DNA of 64,000 nt from positions 7,662-71,661 of IMG/VR virus record IMGVR_UViG_3300044796_000229; one strand, given 5' to 3'. Below the pieces are notes generated by a model. It saw only the letters and a program-made list of their open reading frames with translations, ran no database searches and had not been told where the DNA came from. A program made the translations under genes and the position numbers. This document shows positions 47,149 through 57,962 of this stretch, piece by piece. Every line of letters begins with the position of its first letter. The first letter of the stretch is position 1. Source of the DNA: a virus.

Positions 47149-48648
47149 CTACCGAGCCTCGACGATGTTGACCTTCATGCCAGGGACGGCGCGGTAGATA
47201 TTGCCGTCACAGGTCAGGAATCCGTCCTTGTGCAAGCTGCCAACGATGGTGCTGATATTGCCGCTGTTCACGTCGGCTCCGGTGCGCTTCAGTTGCGTGC
47301 GAACGGCGGTTTGCGTTGCGCCGGCATCGAAGAAACCATCTGCTATGAGCCTCGCGATACGTCCCTTCGCGGAAGTGCCATCCATCTGCACAGTCCGGCG
47401 CTGGACCGTGATTTCGAGTTCCGGCTTATCGACCAGCACTTTCAAAAGTATGTGGTCTTGCATCGCGCGCCTTTTGATCGCATCGTACAGAACCTCGAAA
47501 TCAGAGATTTCCAATGTGGCGCCCTTGTGCGTTTCCGGTAGCGGCGCGGCGACAGATGCGGAGCGCGCTTCCAGTGCAGCAAGACGGCGTTTCAGTTCTT
47601 CATTTTCCGCGCGCAACGCGGCTGCTTCAGCTTCGGTCACTTCTTTCTCCATTTGTTTGCGGTGAACGCTCGGTGCAGGCGGCGCGCTTACACTTACCAA
47701 GCCCATTGCCACGGCTCGCGCCTCGTCAGCGCCCATCCATTCCGGTTGGACGTAGACCTTGACGACGGTGCGACCGAAGCAGGCGAAAAACTGTCCGCGC
47801 TCCAGCAACGCGATTTGGGATGCTGGCGGTTTTGAGATTCCGGCCGGAATATTCAGAAGGTTGCGCTTGATCTCGTTCGCCTCGCGCTGCACGCCCATAA
47901 GCCAGACAGTGCAGCCACGAAGGATTGTCTTATCCACCCCGGCCATGTCCTGGCTGTCGATCCAGATGTGGTTTCCGATGCCAGAACCCTTGCGGACCAA
48001 GGTGATTGCAGATGCTTTGACAGGCGAGCCTTTGCCTTCCGGGACAAACTCCCACGCCTCAGGGATAACGACGATAGTGTCTCGGCAATGCTCATTCACC
48101 CAATCGAGTGCTGATTGGATGAACAGCATCTGCATAGGCGTAGCGAACCCGCTCACGTCCATGACGTTCAGGCCTTTGTGCAGGTCGAGTTTGTCGGCCA
48201 ATCGCGCCCGACCAATTTCTGGCACGATCAAATCGAGATATGCGTCGAGCTGGGTATAGACACCTTCGTTAAGGCCCTTGGCGGTTTTTAGCGCCTCGCG
48301 GACCCGATCCTGCACTTCCGCGAGCGTCCGCGTAGTCTGGCAAATCTTCATGATCCATGGCCGCAGGAACTTGTTCTTTTCCTGCAATGTCGCGTCAAGG
48401 ATTGAAGTCACGAATTGCCAGTCGGCCCGATCGCGGAAATACGGCGTCACCCGGCGACCGCGCTCAAAAGATGTCTCGCCGCGTTTGGTGATAAACGTGA
48501 GCGCAGTCATGCCGGACCGCGCGACAAGACCTTCCAGCGTCGTGGTCTTACCGGACTGTTGCGTTTGGCCGGTGACCGCAAGGTGGCGGATCGGAATCCG
48601 CACCGGTTCCCCGCTATCAATTTCGTAGCCAAGCAAAATATCGGTCAA
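47149..48648 (-). CDS. HerA/FtsK-like P-loop ATPase with C-terminal coiled coil and wHTH
   Basis: HLAVTGQTQQSGKTT, IVVIPEAWEF, VRKGSGIG, WIDSQ, LERGQF. Confidence 0.75.
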   Translation of the reverse strand: MTDILLGYEIDSGEPVRIPIRHLAVTGQTQQSGKTTTLEGLVARSGMTALTFITKRGETSFERGRRVTPYFRDRADWQFVTSILDATLQEKNKFLRPWIMKICQTTRTLAEVQDRVREALKTAKGLNEGVYTQLDAYLDLIVPEIGRARLADKLDLHKGLNVMDVSGFATPMQMLFIQSALDWVNEHCRDTIVVIPEAWEFVPEGKGSPVKASAITLVRKGSGIGNHIWIDSQDMAGVDKTILRGCTVWLMGVQREANEIKRNLLNIPAGISKPPASQIALLERGQFFACFGRTVVKVYVQPEWMGADEARAVAMGLVSVSAPPAPSVHRKQMEKEVTEAEAAALRAENEELKRRLAALEARSASVAAPLPETHKGATLEISDFEVLYDAIKRRAMQDHILLKVLVDKPELEITVQRRTVQMDGTSAKGRIARLIADGFFDAGATQTAVRTQLKRTGADVNSGNISTIVGSLHKDGFLTCDGNIYRAVPGMKVNIVEAR

Positions 48649-48872
48649 GGCATTTCCCTTTCTATACGGGGTTGTGGGATGGGGAGATCACGGCTTGGTG
48701 CTTTCTGAATCGGTTGCGTAATGGTGATCCGCAATACTTCCGCAGTCGGCGTTTCCGAGATCTGATAGCTGGCGCGCACACTTAGTTCACCGCGACGGGC
48801 AAGTTCGCTCAGAATGCGCAGCGACAAACAGACATTGTCTGAAACGTCGAATTTTAGGGCATCGAGTTTCAT
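48645..48872 (-). CDS. Hypothetical protein
   Basis: MKLDALKF..., ATGA-coupled to the upstream ORF; stop overlaps the ATPase start. Confidence 0.55.
   Translation of the reverse strand: MKLDALKFDVSDNVCLSLRILSELARRGELSVRASYQISETPTAEVLRITITQPIQKAPSRDLPIPQPRIEREMP
48652..48666 (-). repeat. 15-bp direct repeat copy B
   Basis: Identical to 47130-47144. Confidence 0.9.
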
Positions 48873-49081
48873 ACGAGTTTCTGCCCGCGAAAATCTTTCT
48901 CTTCGTGCGTGTAATGGCAGAAGTGTTTCCACACGGCACCGCGCTTTCTAAAGCACCAACCATCAGCTTTTACTGATGCGCTCGCTTCGTTAAATTCCCG
49001 CTCTCCGGTTTCAACGCTTTCGGTGCATCCTGGCAGATCGCAGTAGAAGGCGATGCAGCCTTTGATCCGTTCGGTTGTCAT
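48869..49081 (-). CDS. Small zinc-finger-like protein
   Basis: YCDLPGC...DGW...KHFC. Confidence 0.6.
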   Translation of the reverse strand: MTTERIKGCIAFYCDLPGCTESVETGEREFNEASASVKADGWCFRKRGAVWKHFCHYTHEEKDFRGQKLV

Positions 49082-49413
49082 GGCATCTCGTCGCAGTAAA
49101 GGAGCATCATATGACACTGCCAATGCGACAATGTTAGGTGCTTTGCATTATCGTCAATCATTACTACGACTCCTTCTGTAGAAATCTTTGCACCGAATTG
49201 GTTATCTTCATTTCCGTAAAGAACAATCCCGGAAATCCATGGCGAAGGAACAGACAAATAATCTCCAGCAGCAAACCCCGCGTCGGGCGTCCAGCAAACA
49301 AGCCGCATCTCCATGATGCAAAGCGTTTTATTTTTAACTGGGCTTTCGAAGGTTACGGTTGTCCCGGCAGCAAGTGTTGCTGTTTTTGATTCCCAGCAGA
49401 TTGTGTTCATCAT
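49078..49413 (-). CDS. Free-standing paralog of the tail fibre C-terminal tip domain
   Basis: Colinear similarity to 34620-34952 (W.S..T..GT..TF; C.T.D..F.AGD; WQ....LY). Confidence 0.65.
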   Translation of the reverse strand: MMNTICWESKTATLAAGTTVTFESPVKNKTLCIMEMRLVCWTPDAGFAAGDYLSVPSPWISGIVLYGNEDNQFGAKISTEGVVVMIDDNAKHLTLSHWQCHMMLLYCDEMP

Positions 49414-51266
49414 TTCCAACCTCGGATAAATGCATCTTTTAGCCTCTTCACGGTTGTCCAAATGCGCGAAACAAACGCCCACCATGTTTTTTCGCGCGCC
49501 TTTTGATCTTCCAGCCGCAACGAGCGAACCATCATTCCGTACTTCCCCGGCATACCGTCTTCGAGTGCGATAAGTGTTTGCGTTTCCGGGTCGATAAAAC
49601 TTTCTGCATTCTCGATGCGAGCACGCGCGAGAGCCGAACTGAAACTGTCTGGTATTTTGTGATCATTCATCCGCCCGACGCTTTTCTGCGAATGCTGATT
49701 GGGAGACGATCAACTTTAACCGTGGAAACAGCGGTACGTGCTGAGACCTCTACGTATGGCCAGCCATCGGTGTGCGAGACAGGTACGCCCCATTTTGCAA
49801 CATAGGCGTGATCGCGTTTCTTCCACATATAGTCGAGAAAATCATCAAGGCTCGCATCTGCGCGTATATCGTCCATGGCGCGGCGGCCGTCTATCGAGAT
49901 GATGCTCATTTGCATGTCTCGATGGGGATGACACAAGCATGTCCGCCAATCACGCAACTCGGAATGGTTGCCGGATTAGTGCGGCAAAGCCGTGCCGGCG
50001 CTGCCGATGGCAGAAATACTCCGCCGACAAATCCAATTATTGCCAAGATACCAAGGAACATCAGAATCCGAAACCAAAGAGGCGCCGATGTCGGAACGGG
50101 TTTATTTGGAATCCCATGTTCATCCATAAAAGCGTCAATCTCTGTTTCGGTGAGATAGCGCATCTTCTTTCCTGCGATCACTTCGTATCGGGTGCGTGGA
50201 ATGATGTTGAGGTATGGTGATGTGGCCTTCATGGCGATCTCCTATTCGTCGTAGTCGTCGTAGACAGGGAATTGGGGTAAAGGTTTCGCGATCACGGCAT
50301 CAATCATCTCGTAGTAGTCAAGACCACGTCTAATAAATGAATCTTCGTCTGGCCGTGCCCCGTAATATGAATTTGTATTTGCGGGATCGGCCGCATCATA
50401 GCGCATGACTTCTTTGCCGGTTAGGCGATCGATCCATACCTTGTCATACATGGATCTGTCAGATGCGTCATAGACGAATTCGTAGCGCATCACCTTGCCT
50501 TCTGGGACAGATATTCGCTTACGCTGTAACGCCGCCTGCGCATAGCGATGCTCGTTTTCAAAATCCTCTTGCGCTTCGTCCCTCTCGTCGCCCATGCCAC
50601 CCACTCAATTAAGACTGTTCGCTTCTGCCCGGCGCCGCTTTGTTTCCAGCATCGCATAGGCTTCGGATTCCGTCTTCCATTCGCCGAGATTGCTGCCGAG
50701 AACCATCAAGGCCCACATCGTGTAGATCGCGAGCAAAAATAGCAGGAAACTCACCCAACCATTGTCCGCCAGGTAACGATGGTTCAGATAGTACGCGGCG
50801 ACGATTACGATTACGTCAATGATCGTGCTTATCCATCCGATGACTTGACGTAGCATCGATGGCTTTTTATCGCTCACGAAATAGAACTTTGGCATCAGAA
50901 TTTCACCACTTCATAGGCATATATTTTGTGGAACACCGGATCCGGCCAACGCTCGCGCGCTTCTTTGAGCCATTGTGTTGCACCGCTCGATCCTTCCCAT
51001 GTCTCAGCAAAATAGACATCGGTATTATACGCTTCGCCTTCGTGACGAGCACGAATGTTGCAGTGTTCGCAGATAATCATCCCGCACTCCTATTCTGGCT
51101 TCGTATAAAACGATTCAAATGCGATGGCGCGGGCTTCTCTGGCGATGTAAAGCATATCCGAAACTTTCAACTCTTGCGCCGGAATGAAGCCGAGAAGCCG
51201 TTCTATCATTTTGACTTCGACCTCTTGGGACGCTTTCTGACATTCCTTGAGATGTTTATCGTCCAT
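49410..51266 (-). other. Cluster of small early hypothetical genes (49410-49670, 49667-49957, 49906-50232, 50242-50604, 50605-50895, 50895-51080, 51090-51266), two with TM segments
   Basis: Closely packed, co-oriented ORFs. Confidence 0.55.
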
Positions 51267-51543
51267 CATCCGACCTCCGCTTCGCTTTTATCCCATCCAG
51301 AAAATCCGACGCCTTGCATCCGAGCGCTTCCGCGATGCGTGCCATCACTTCCGGCTTCACCGGTTGATCGCCGCTTTCAAAGCGGGAAATCTGATAAACC
51401 GATTGCCCGGAACGGTCCGCCAGTTTGATCGGCGTCATGTTGCAAAGTTCGCGTTTCTTTCTAATGCGCTCGCCAACCGCCTTGTCGAAAGACGGCGGTT
51501 CATTAAGACGCGGACGTCCGGGGCGTTTCTGTTCGACCCTCAT
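51256..51543 (-). CDS. XRE-family HTH regulator
   Basis: VGERIRKKRE..NMT...LA...G.S..QISRFESG...IAEALG. Confidence 0.85.
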   Translation of the reverse strand: MRVEQKRPGRPRLNEPPSFDKAVGERIRKKRELCNMTPIKLADRSGQSVYQISRFESGDQPVKPEVMARIAEALGCKASDFLDGIKAKRRSDDGR

Positions 51544-52721
51544 TTCTTCGCCCTTGCAGCTTTGGCAGCGGCATAGAGTTCGTCAGATCGCGCTTTGCAA
51601 TCCCTCTCCCACAGCACTTCTTCTTCCGCCGTGAAGACGCCGACGCTTTTGCCGTTTTCGCAAATGTCCGTGACCTTGCGAATGCTGGTCTCGGCTTTCA
51701 GTTCGCGATACAGATCCGCGATGAAATCTATGCGTTCCTGCTCGCGCGGATCGGCGGTTGACACCGTTTCGGCTTTTGCCGTCGCGGGTTCCAGCGGCAT
51801 TTGCTGTTGTGCCTTCGGCTCTTCCTTCGGTGCCTCGGTTTTGGCGATGGGCTTATCGGTCTTCGCTTTTCCGCCATCCTCATGCGCGAATTCGCTGCGA
51901 GATGGCTGGCGCGGAACCACTTCGCCGGGTTTCAACTGTGGGCCGAATGCTTCCTCGACGGTAATTTCGCCATCCTTGATCGCGTTCTGCAGGCCGCGCA
52001 AATGAACCAGATGTTCGGTCACCATGTCATCAAGGCCTTTGATACCGAGCAACTGAAAGATTTGGTCCGGTGTCGCGCCCTGAATACCCAATTCCTTGAT
52101 CACGCGGTCGCGGCGCGTACCGAACGTCTGCGCTGTTCCGCCGGCAACCTTCTTCGCTTCGTCGAACAGCTCTTTCCAAAGCGCCTTCGGAATGCCGCGC
52201 GTGATGGCGTTGCGCAGCGCGATCGATGATGCGGCATTGCCAGTTGTCGCGATCATGTCGTCGCCAAAGCGTTTTCCGTTTGGAAAGTCCTTGGTGGATT
52301 TGCCGACGATACGTCGCATGGTCTTGGCCTTGATGGCGCCGTTGGTTTCCAGATCGAAGAAAATCCCCTCCGCCGTGATAAAACGGTCTCCGATATCGGT
52401 GACTTCGGTAGCGGCGCGATAGTTTCCCCAGCCGACAAGCAGGATTTCCGCAAACCGGATGCTCGGCCCATCGATGATCTTGCCGTCGCGGGGAATAGCA
52501 TAAATGCAGGATTCCGCGGTCTCGACATCCAGGGTCACCATTTCATAGACCTTGCGGCGGAATTGCGTGATCGAGCGCGGATAACGATGGGCAGTCGAAA
52601 TCTGCTGATTGACCTCCGCCGTATTGATGATCGACATGCCTTCCGACACGCCGTCATCATGCTCTTCAAGAGGGGCCAGATAGTCTTTCTGTGGCTCGGC
52701 TGTTTCGGTATTGGCTGACAT
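51540..52721 (-). CDS. Putative single-strand annealing/recombination protein
   Basis: AEVNQQISTAHRYPRS, IDGPSIRFAE, DLETN, SIALRNAI; located in the exonuclease cluster. Confidence 0.55.
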   Translation of the reverse strand: MSANTETAEPQKDYLAPLEEHDDGVSEGMSIINTAEVNQQISTAHRYPRSITQFRRKVYEMVTLDVETAESCIYAIPRDGKIIDGPSIRFAEILLVGWGNYRAATEVTDIGDRFITAEGIFFDLETNGAIKAKTMRRIVGKSTKDFPNGKRFGDDMIATTGNAASSIALRNAITRGIPKALWKELFDEAKKVAGGTAQTFGTRRDRVIKELGIQGATPDQIFQLLGIKGLDDMVTEHLVHLRGLQNAIKDGEITVEEAFGPQLKPGEVVPRQPSRSEFAHEDGGKAKTDKPIAKTEAPKEEPKAQQQMPLEPATAKAETVSTADPREQERIDFIADLYRELKAETSIRKVTDICENGKSVGVFTAEEEVLWERDCKARSDELYAAAKAARAKK

Positions 52722-52731
52722 GATGATCTCC

Positions 52732-53499
52732 TTAAATTGTGATTGGAATGATCCGGCCGGGGTGAACCTTCTCGGTTAACTCCGACATCGGATCGATGAA
52801 TTCATGCTCATCTTTCGCCAGCGGCTCTACCGAAAGCATTTCTCCAAACTGTGCGACGGCGTCTGCAAGACGCGCGCGGACGTTCTCCGGTGTCACGTCA
52901 TCAACCCATTGTGCGAGTTGCGGATGCTGCTTAAGCAAGAACGGTTTGCACTCGCGCGCCACGCGCGGAAGTTGGTGCGTGTAGAGATTGTTGCCAGTCA
53001 TGTAGTTCAAAATTTCGTAGATGTCCGATATCGGCGACATTAACGCTTCATGCGTGATTGAAAGGATTGTCCCAATTTGGAAGTCGCGCACCATACAAAA
53101 TCCCCTTATCGGTCAGTTAGCTTCATGTACCTGCGGGCCGTACCGACGACGCAACGCGGCCACGACGCGCAGTGCCTCATTATAGATTTTGTCGGCCATC
53201 GTTCCCGGCGCATACGGCTTGTCAAAGTCAATCGACAGGTCACGGCTGATCGCAAGTGTCTCGGCAATTAGTTTTGCGTCAGTTTCGTTGAAGATTATTT
53301 GCATGATCCTCTCCTATCGTTTCCTGCTGAATGCTATGTCACACACAGCGCCGACGATCATCAGCCCGATCAAAACGCCAGCTAAGGCTGGGTGATAACC
53401 AAGCAACGGCGGATAGAGAACGTGAAGCGGCATGTCGGTCTTCTCCAATAAAAGCTGGCGATGATCTAACGCAACTGGACCGCCTACCGTCCTTGTCAT
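52732..53499 (-). other. Three small hypothetical genes (52732-53094, 53113-53304, 53314-53499)
   Basis: Co-oriented ORFs; aggag/aaggg RBS before the first two. Confidence 0.6.
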
Positions 53500-53532
53500 C
53501 GCCCTCGGCTATCCCGGCCTAGATTTCGCAGA

Positions 53533-55053
53533 TTACGCGTTTCTCACGCCCTGTTCATAGCAAAAAACGCATCCGGCGAGCGCATCGTCCACACGTTCAC
53601 GGCCATCCCAACCGCCTTGATGCAGGCGCATCCAGCGATAGACGGCGCCGTTCAGATCCTCGCTGTTCAACTGATCGACCAGTTCGGCATAGACCGGAAC
53701 CGTCATGGCCGCGCGCATGGCGGCACGAAGGGCATCTTCGTCGGTGACAAAGTGTTTCCAATGGCGGGTGAGTGAACCCGTAGTCCAATCCCCGCGCGTC
53801 CGCGACAGATCGGCTTCGGTGCTGTTCTCCAGCCGGTTCTCGGTCCGGGTTGCACGATTGGCCGCCCGTCCGGCATCCACGATATTGCGCTGGCCTTCCC
53901 TGGTCAGATCGCGCGCTTCACCTTCGGCATCCCGTGCCGCGCCCCGTGCTTCGCGCGCTGCTTTGTTTGCGGCTTCCTTTTCTTCCTTGGCCTTAGCCGC
54001 CTTTGCTTCCTCCGCCTCGCGGGCCGCCTTGGCGTCGGCGAGCCGCTTTTCCTCGGCCTCGCGCTCCGCCTTACGTTTTGCCGCCGCAACGGCTTCCTGT
54101 GCCTCATATTCCGCGCGCTCTTTCTCCCGGCGCGTTTGCTCACGTTTGTTGAGATTGGCGTCCTTGGCGGTGCGTATTTCATTGAGACGGCTGCGGATTG
54201 CTTCGATTTCTGTCCGCTGTTCGTCATCTAACAAGTCTGACGCCGCGACAGGTCCGGCCAGCAAACCGATGATTCCGCCGTGCCTTACCATGTCTTCAAG
54301 CTGGATCATTTCTTCCGGTGTGGCTTCATCAACGCCGTCGAGTTGGTGCAGCTTTTCAACGGTCTTCATGTGCACGCGGATTTGTTTCAGGCTTTCTGCA
54401 TTGCGCTCTTTCTCCGCCCGGTCCCGCGCCTTCTTTTCGTCCGCCAGCCGCTTTTCTTCGGCCAGTCGGGCAGCAGTCCGTGCCTTGGCTTCCTCGGCCT
54501 CACGGGCTGCACGCTCAGCCACTTCGCGAGCTTCCTGCTCCTTCCGGCGTTCCTCGGCGGCGCGTTCTTCGGCGGCGCGTGCTTCCTCTTCCGCTCGCTC
54601 GGCAGCTTCACGCGCCAGCCGTTCTTTCTCCCGCTGCAATGCCGCTTCTTCCTCCAATCGCCGTGCCGTTTCGGCTCGTTTTTTGTCGAGGAATGCGTGA
54701 TGGACAGGTTCCCACTTGTCCAACAATGCTTGGGCTTTTTCCTGGCCCTTGGTGAAGAAATTCCCCACCACTTTCAGCAGCTTATTGAGTGGCGACTTCT
54801 CCGCCGCCATATCGCTCTTTGTCCACGCTCGGCTGGTCTTGCCGATTTGGCCCAACAAATCTTGCAGTTTGCCGGCAACGTCTTCCTGGTCGAGCGACAG
54901 ATCTTCCGGAAACTCCGCAAGCGCGCCTTCCCATTCTTTCAGGCGGCTTTCGATCTCAGGATAGCGGCGTTGCAGATCGCCCAGCATGTCCACTTCGCTC
55001 GGGATGGTGACGGGCGGGGAATTGTGGCCAATCGGAGCCGGGGCGTCAGACAT
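53533..55053 (-). CDS. Long coiled-coil protein
   Basis: MSDAPAPIGHNSPP N-terminus; E/A/R/K-rich helical body. Confidence 0.75.
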   Translation of the reverse strand: MSDAPAPIGHNSPPVTIPSEVDMLGDLQRRYPEIESRLKEWEGALAEFPEDLSLDQEDVAGKLQDLLGQIGKTSRAWTKSDMAAEKSPLNKLLKVVGNFFTKGQEKAQALLDKWEPVHHAFLDKKRAETARRLEEEAALQREKERLAREAAERAEEEARAAEERAAEERRKEQEAREVAERAAREAEEAKARTAARLAEEKRLADEKKARDRAEKERNAESLKQIRVHMKTVEKLHQLDGVDEATPEEMIQLEDMVRHGGIIGLLAGPVAASDLLDDEQRTEIEAIRSRLNEIRTAKDANLNKREQTRREKERAEYEAQEAVAAAKRKAEREAEEKRLADAKAAREAEEAKAAKAKEEKEAANKAAREARGAARDAEGEARDLTREGQRNIVDAGRAANRATRTENRLENSTEADLSRTRGDWTTGSLTRHWKHFVTDEDALRAAMRAAMTVPVYAELVDQLNSEDLNGAVYRWMRLHQGGWDGRERVDDALAGCVFCYEQGVRNA

Positions 55054-56404
55054 TGTCGTATTTCCTTCTACGTTTCGGGGTTGGCACCGGACACCGCGGC
55101 GCCGGTAGCTTGGTGATGTCTATGGGAATTCGTGGGTTGGCCTTCGGATCATCCGGGCGAAATACTTTCGCATGCGCGGCATCGGCCTGTTCGAACGCAT
55201 ATTCGGATTTCTTTATGGGCATCATCGACAGGCGTACCCATTCGGCAAACGGATCGCGCGGCTTTCCACCAACTTCGCAGCGCAACAAGTCTTGACCTGT
55301 CGGCTTACCCTGCAGATCGACTTCGGGTTCGCGCCAGATGCGCGCCGGCACAAAGGGGCCGCCCTTTACCAATTTGCGGCGATAAAATCCACATTGCGGC
55401 ATGTCTGGGACGGGCTGTCCCGGATGCAAAAGTTCTTCCCGCCACCATTCCTCTGGATCGGCCATAGGAGGCACCACGCGGACCATTTTCGGATCAAGCT
55501 GGAATATTCGCTCGGCGTGAGACGTGGCCTCCAGCACCCGCAGGATTTCGTCCAGATGGCGGCGCATGATGGGCTGACGTTCGAAGTCTGCCGGCCCGAC
55601 GTCTAACTCTACGTCCTGACGCAAAGTCACCAATTTCAGGAATAGTCGCGCCCAATCTGCCCCCGTCCGCGATTCCGCGATTCCGGGATAGCGGTGTTTG
55701 CGTTTCAGATAGGTTTTGACCTGGGGCCAATGGATGCCGTTCGCGCCCTCCAGAACACCCTCCAGACTTCCAAAGCGGCGGATTAATGCCCCGGCGCGCT
55801 TAAGCCCGCAGCCATCGACGCCCGGAACGTTGTCCACCGCATCCCCGGCCAGCGCCTGCACGTCCGGGACTAATTCAGGCCCGACACCGAATTTCTCGAT
55901 GACATCGGCAGACAGAGATCGGCGTTTGAGCAAGGGATCGACGATTTCGATTTCGCCATCCACAACCAACTGACCAAAATCCTTGTCTGAACTGACAATC
56001 GTAACCCGCATTCCCTCGCGCCGCGCCCGCGCCGCCAAGGTCGCCACAAGATCATCAGCCTCAAAACCGACCTTTTCGATGGTGCGCAAACCCAAAGCAT
56101 CCGCCGCCAGCTGCATGACGGGCAGTTGATCGTCCAATTCCAGTGGCCGCGCGGCGGGGCGATTTGCCTTGTAGTTCGGAAATAGATCATGGCGGAAGTT
56201 CTTGCCGGGAGCGTCGAATACTGCGGCGCCGTGCGTCGGGCGGTCCACTTCCGCCGCGCCAAGGGTTTTCCAGATCATTTGCATGAAACCGAGGGTGGCA
56301 CCGACAGGGGCGCCATCGCTCTCGCGATATACGGGGTTTTGCGTGGCATATGCCCTGAACGCAAATCCACTCGCGTCGAACAGGATGAGATGACTGGCGC
56401 TCAT
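55046..56404 (-). CDS. 5'-3' exonuclease (PolI N-terminal/FEN-like) fused to a C-terminal phage domain
   Basis: LILFDASG..FRAY, VFD...FRH..FPNYKANR, EADD, SSDKD..Q, LAGDAVDNVPGV.G.G.K.A. Confidence 0.9.
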   Translation of the reverse strand: MSASHLILFDASGFAFRAYATQNPVYRESDGAPVGATLGFMQMIWKTLGAAEVDRPTHGAAVFDAPGKNFRHDLFPNYKANRPAARPLELDDQLPVMQLAADALGLRTIEKVGFEADDLVATLAARARREGMRVTIVSSDKDFGQLVVDGEIEIVDPLLKRRSLSADVIEKFGVGPELVPDVQALAGDAVDNVPGVDGCGLKRAGALIRRFGSLEGVLEGANGIHWPQVKTYLKRKHRYPGIAESRTGADWARLFLKLVTLRQDVELDVGPADFERQPIMRRHLDEILRVLEATSHAERIFQLDPKMVRVVPPMADPEEWWREELLHPGQPVPDMPQCGFYRRKLVKGGPFVPARIWREPEVDLQGKPTGQDLLRCEVGGKPRDPFAEWVRLSMMPIKKSEYAFEQADAAHAKVFRPDDPKANPRIPIDITKLPAPRCPVPTPKRRRKYDNV

Positions 56405-57908
56405 TTACTTTCTCTTTGAGGCGAGCGTAGCACGGACTTCCGCGATGACGGATCTCTCATTGTATTTGCTTTTATCTGACGCCCATTCATCGACGCTTCG
56501 CAGCGCCTTCTCCAGCGCGTCTATCCTGTCAGCCGCGCGGTCATAAATATCTGGATCGAATAAGGCACTCACAGGATCGCGAAGTTCGTCCTGTATACTG
56601 CGGGGCTTGCTCATTCGCCCCTCGCAATCTTGAGGGCAGCGGTCAGATCATCGACAGCTTTCTGCGCATAACTGATATATTCGGGGTCTTCGGATGGCAG
56701 GCGGAGATCGAGTTCCATTTTGGCGAATTCGAGGGCGGATTCCGCGGCCTTCACCAGCGCGTCATGCGAGCGGAGTCGCAGGATCAAATTCGCGCCTGCA
56801 CGTTTCCAGTCGGCCGCGCTCCCCAACACTTGCATTGCCCGGACTTCGATAATGGGATGGCGCGGACTATTGACGCTGATATAGCCAACCGGCCACGGAT
56901 CGCCACCGGGGTCCTTGCTGCCGAAGCCGTTGTGGATTTCGAAAACGAGGCGTTCGCATTCCGCCCGCGCTTCCGCTTCGGTTCGGGTGGCGGGTTTAAG
57001 GCCGGAGGTGGATTCGCTCATGGCTTCGCCTCATTTTCCGGGAATTATTGGGACGCGGATTGTATGCCCAACTGCAACGTTTAGCGGACCAATGATCGTC
57101 GTTTTCCATCCACGTTCTTCAAAAACGTAAATATCGTCTCCGATCATTTTTGTAGCTTCGCAATTTCGGGCGCGCGAAACGTATTGAGCAAGCATTTTGG
57201 GTGCTAGCGATGTCGGCATATTGCTCATGGCGTACCTTCGGCTTTAGCAATCACGGCCCGCATTTTATCCAAATGCACGTCAAGGAGTTGATGACTTGCA
57301 CGTTTGCGCGGCAAATCCTCAATCCATGAAACAGCAAACTTTAATTGCTCAAGCAATTCTTCTGCTGCCCGTTCTTTTTTCCGCTGCTTTTCACGCACCT
57401 CAACCTCAGCGAGAAATGCCGTATGCCTGGCATCGCTTTTAGCCTTGCACTTTACCGGATCATGCCGACCACAGTAGAACTTGCCATCGCGCTCTACGGA
57501 CGCCTTGGCGCTGCACTGATATAACGAGTAGTTCCGATAAATGCCTTTGCAGCATCTTCCTAGATCGCTCATGCATCACCTGTGGCTTTAGCAATGGCGG
57601 CGCGCACTTTGATTAGAAGCGGCTCAGCCTCATCTTCATATTCGCTACCTTTTGTGCCGCGCTCAAAATCGACGGTTTCGACGACGCGCTCCAGAAGATT
57701 CAGCAACTCCGGTGCAGCGGCGTATAATGTGGCATTGAGCAACGCCGGAAGATCGCCACCACGAAGCCCGGTCTTGTCGTGAAACTCCGCGACCACAAAA
57801 TTGCTGCCGCCGGCGGTAGATGCCATGACAAGAACGGTCTTGCCGCCCATCTTTCTGCCATCGACAATGTAAAGGCCTTTTGCCGTGTGTTTGGTGGTCG
57901 CGCTCATG
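56405..57908 (-). other. Five small early hypothetical genes (56405-56614, 56611-57021, 57031-57228, 57225-57572, 57569-57908)
   Basis: Mostly ATGA-coupled; several end in the typical AAPELL/AIAKA motif. Confidence 0.6.
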
Positions 57909-57962
57909 TCGTATCTCCTTCTTCTTCCGTTGCGTCCGCAAGGGCGGATTGCGTTTGCAAAT

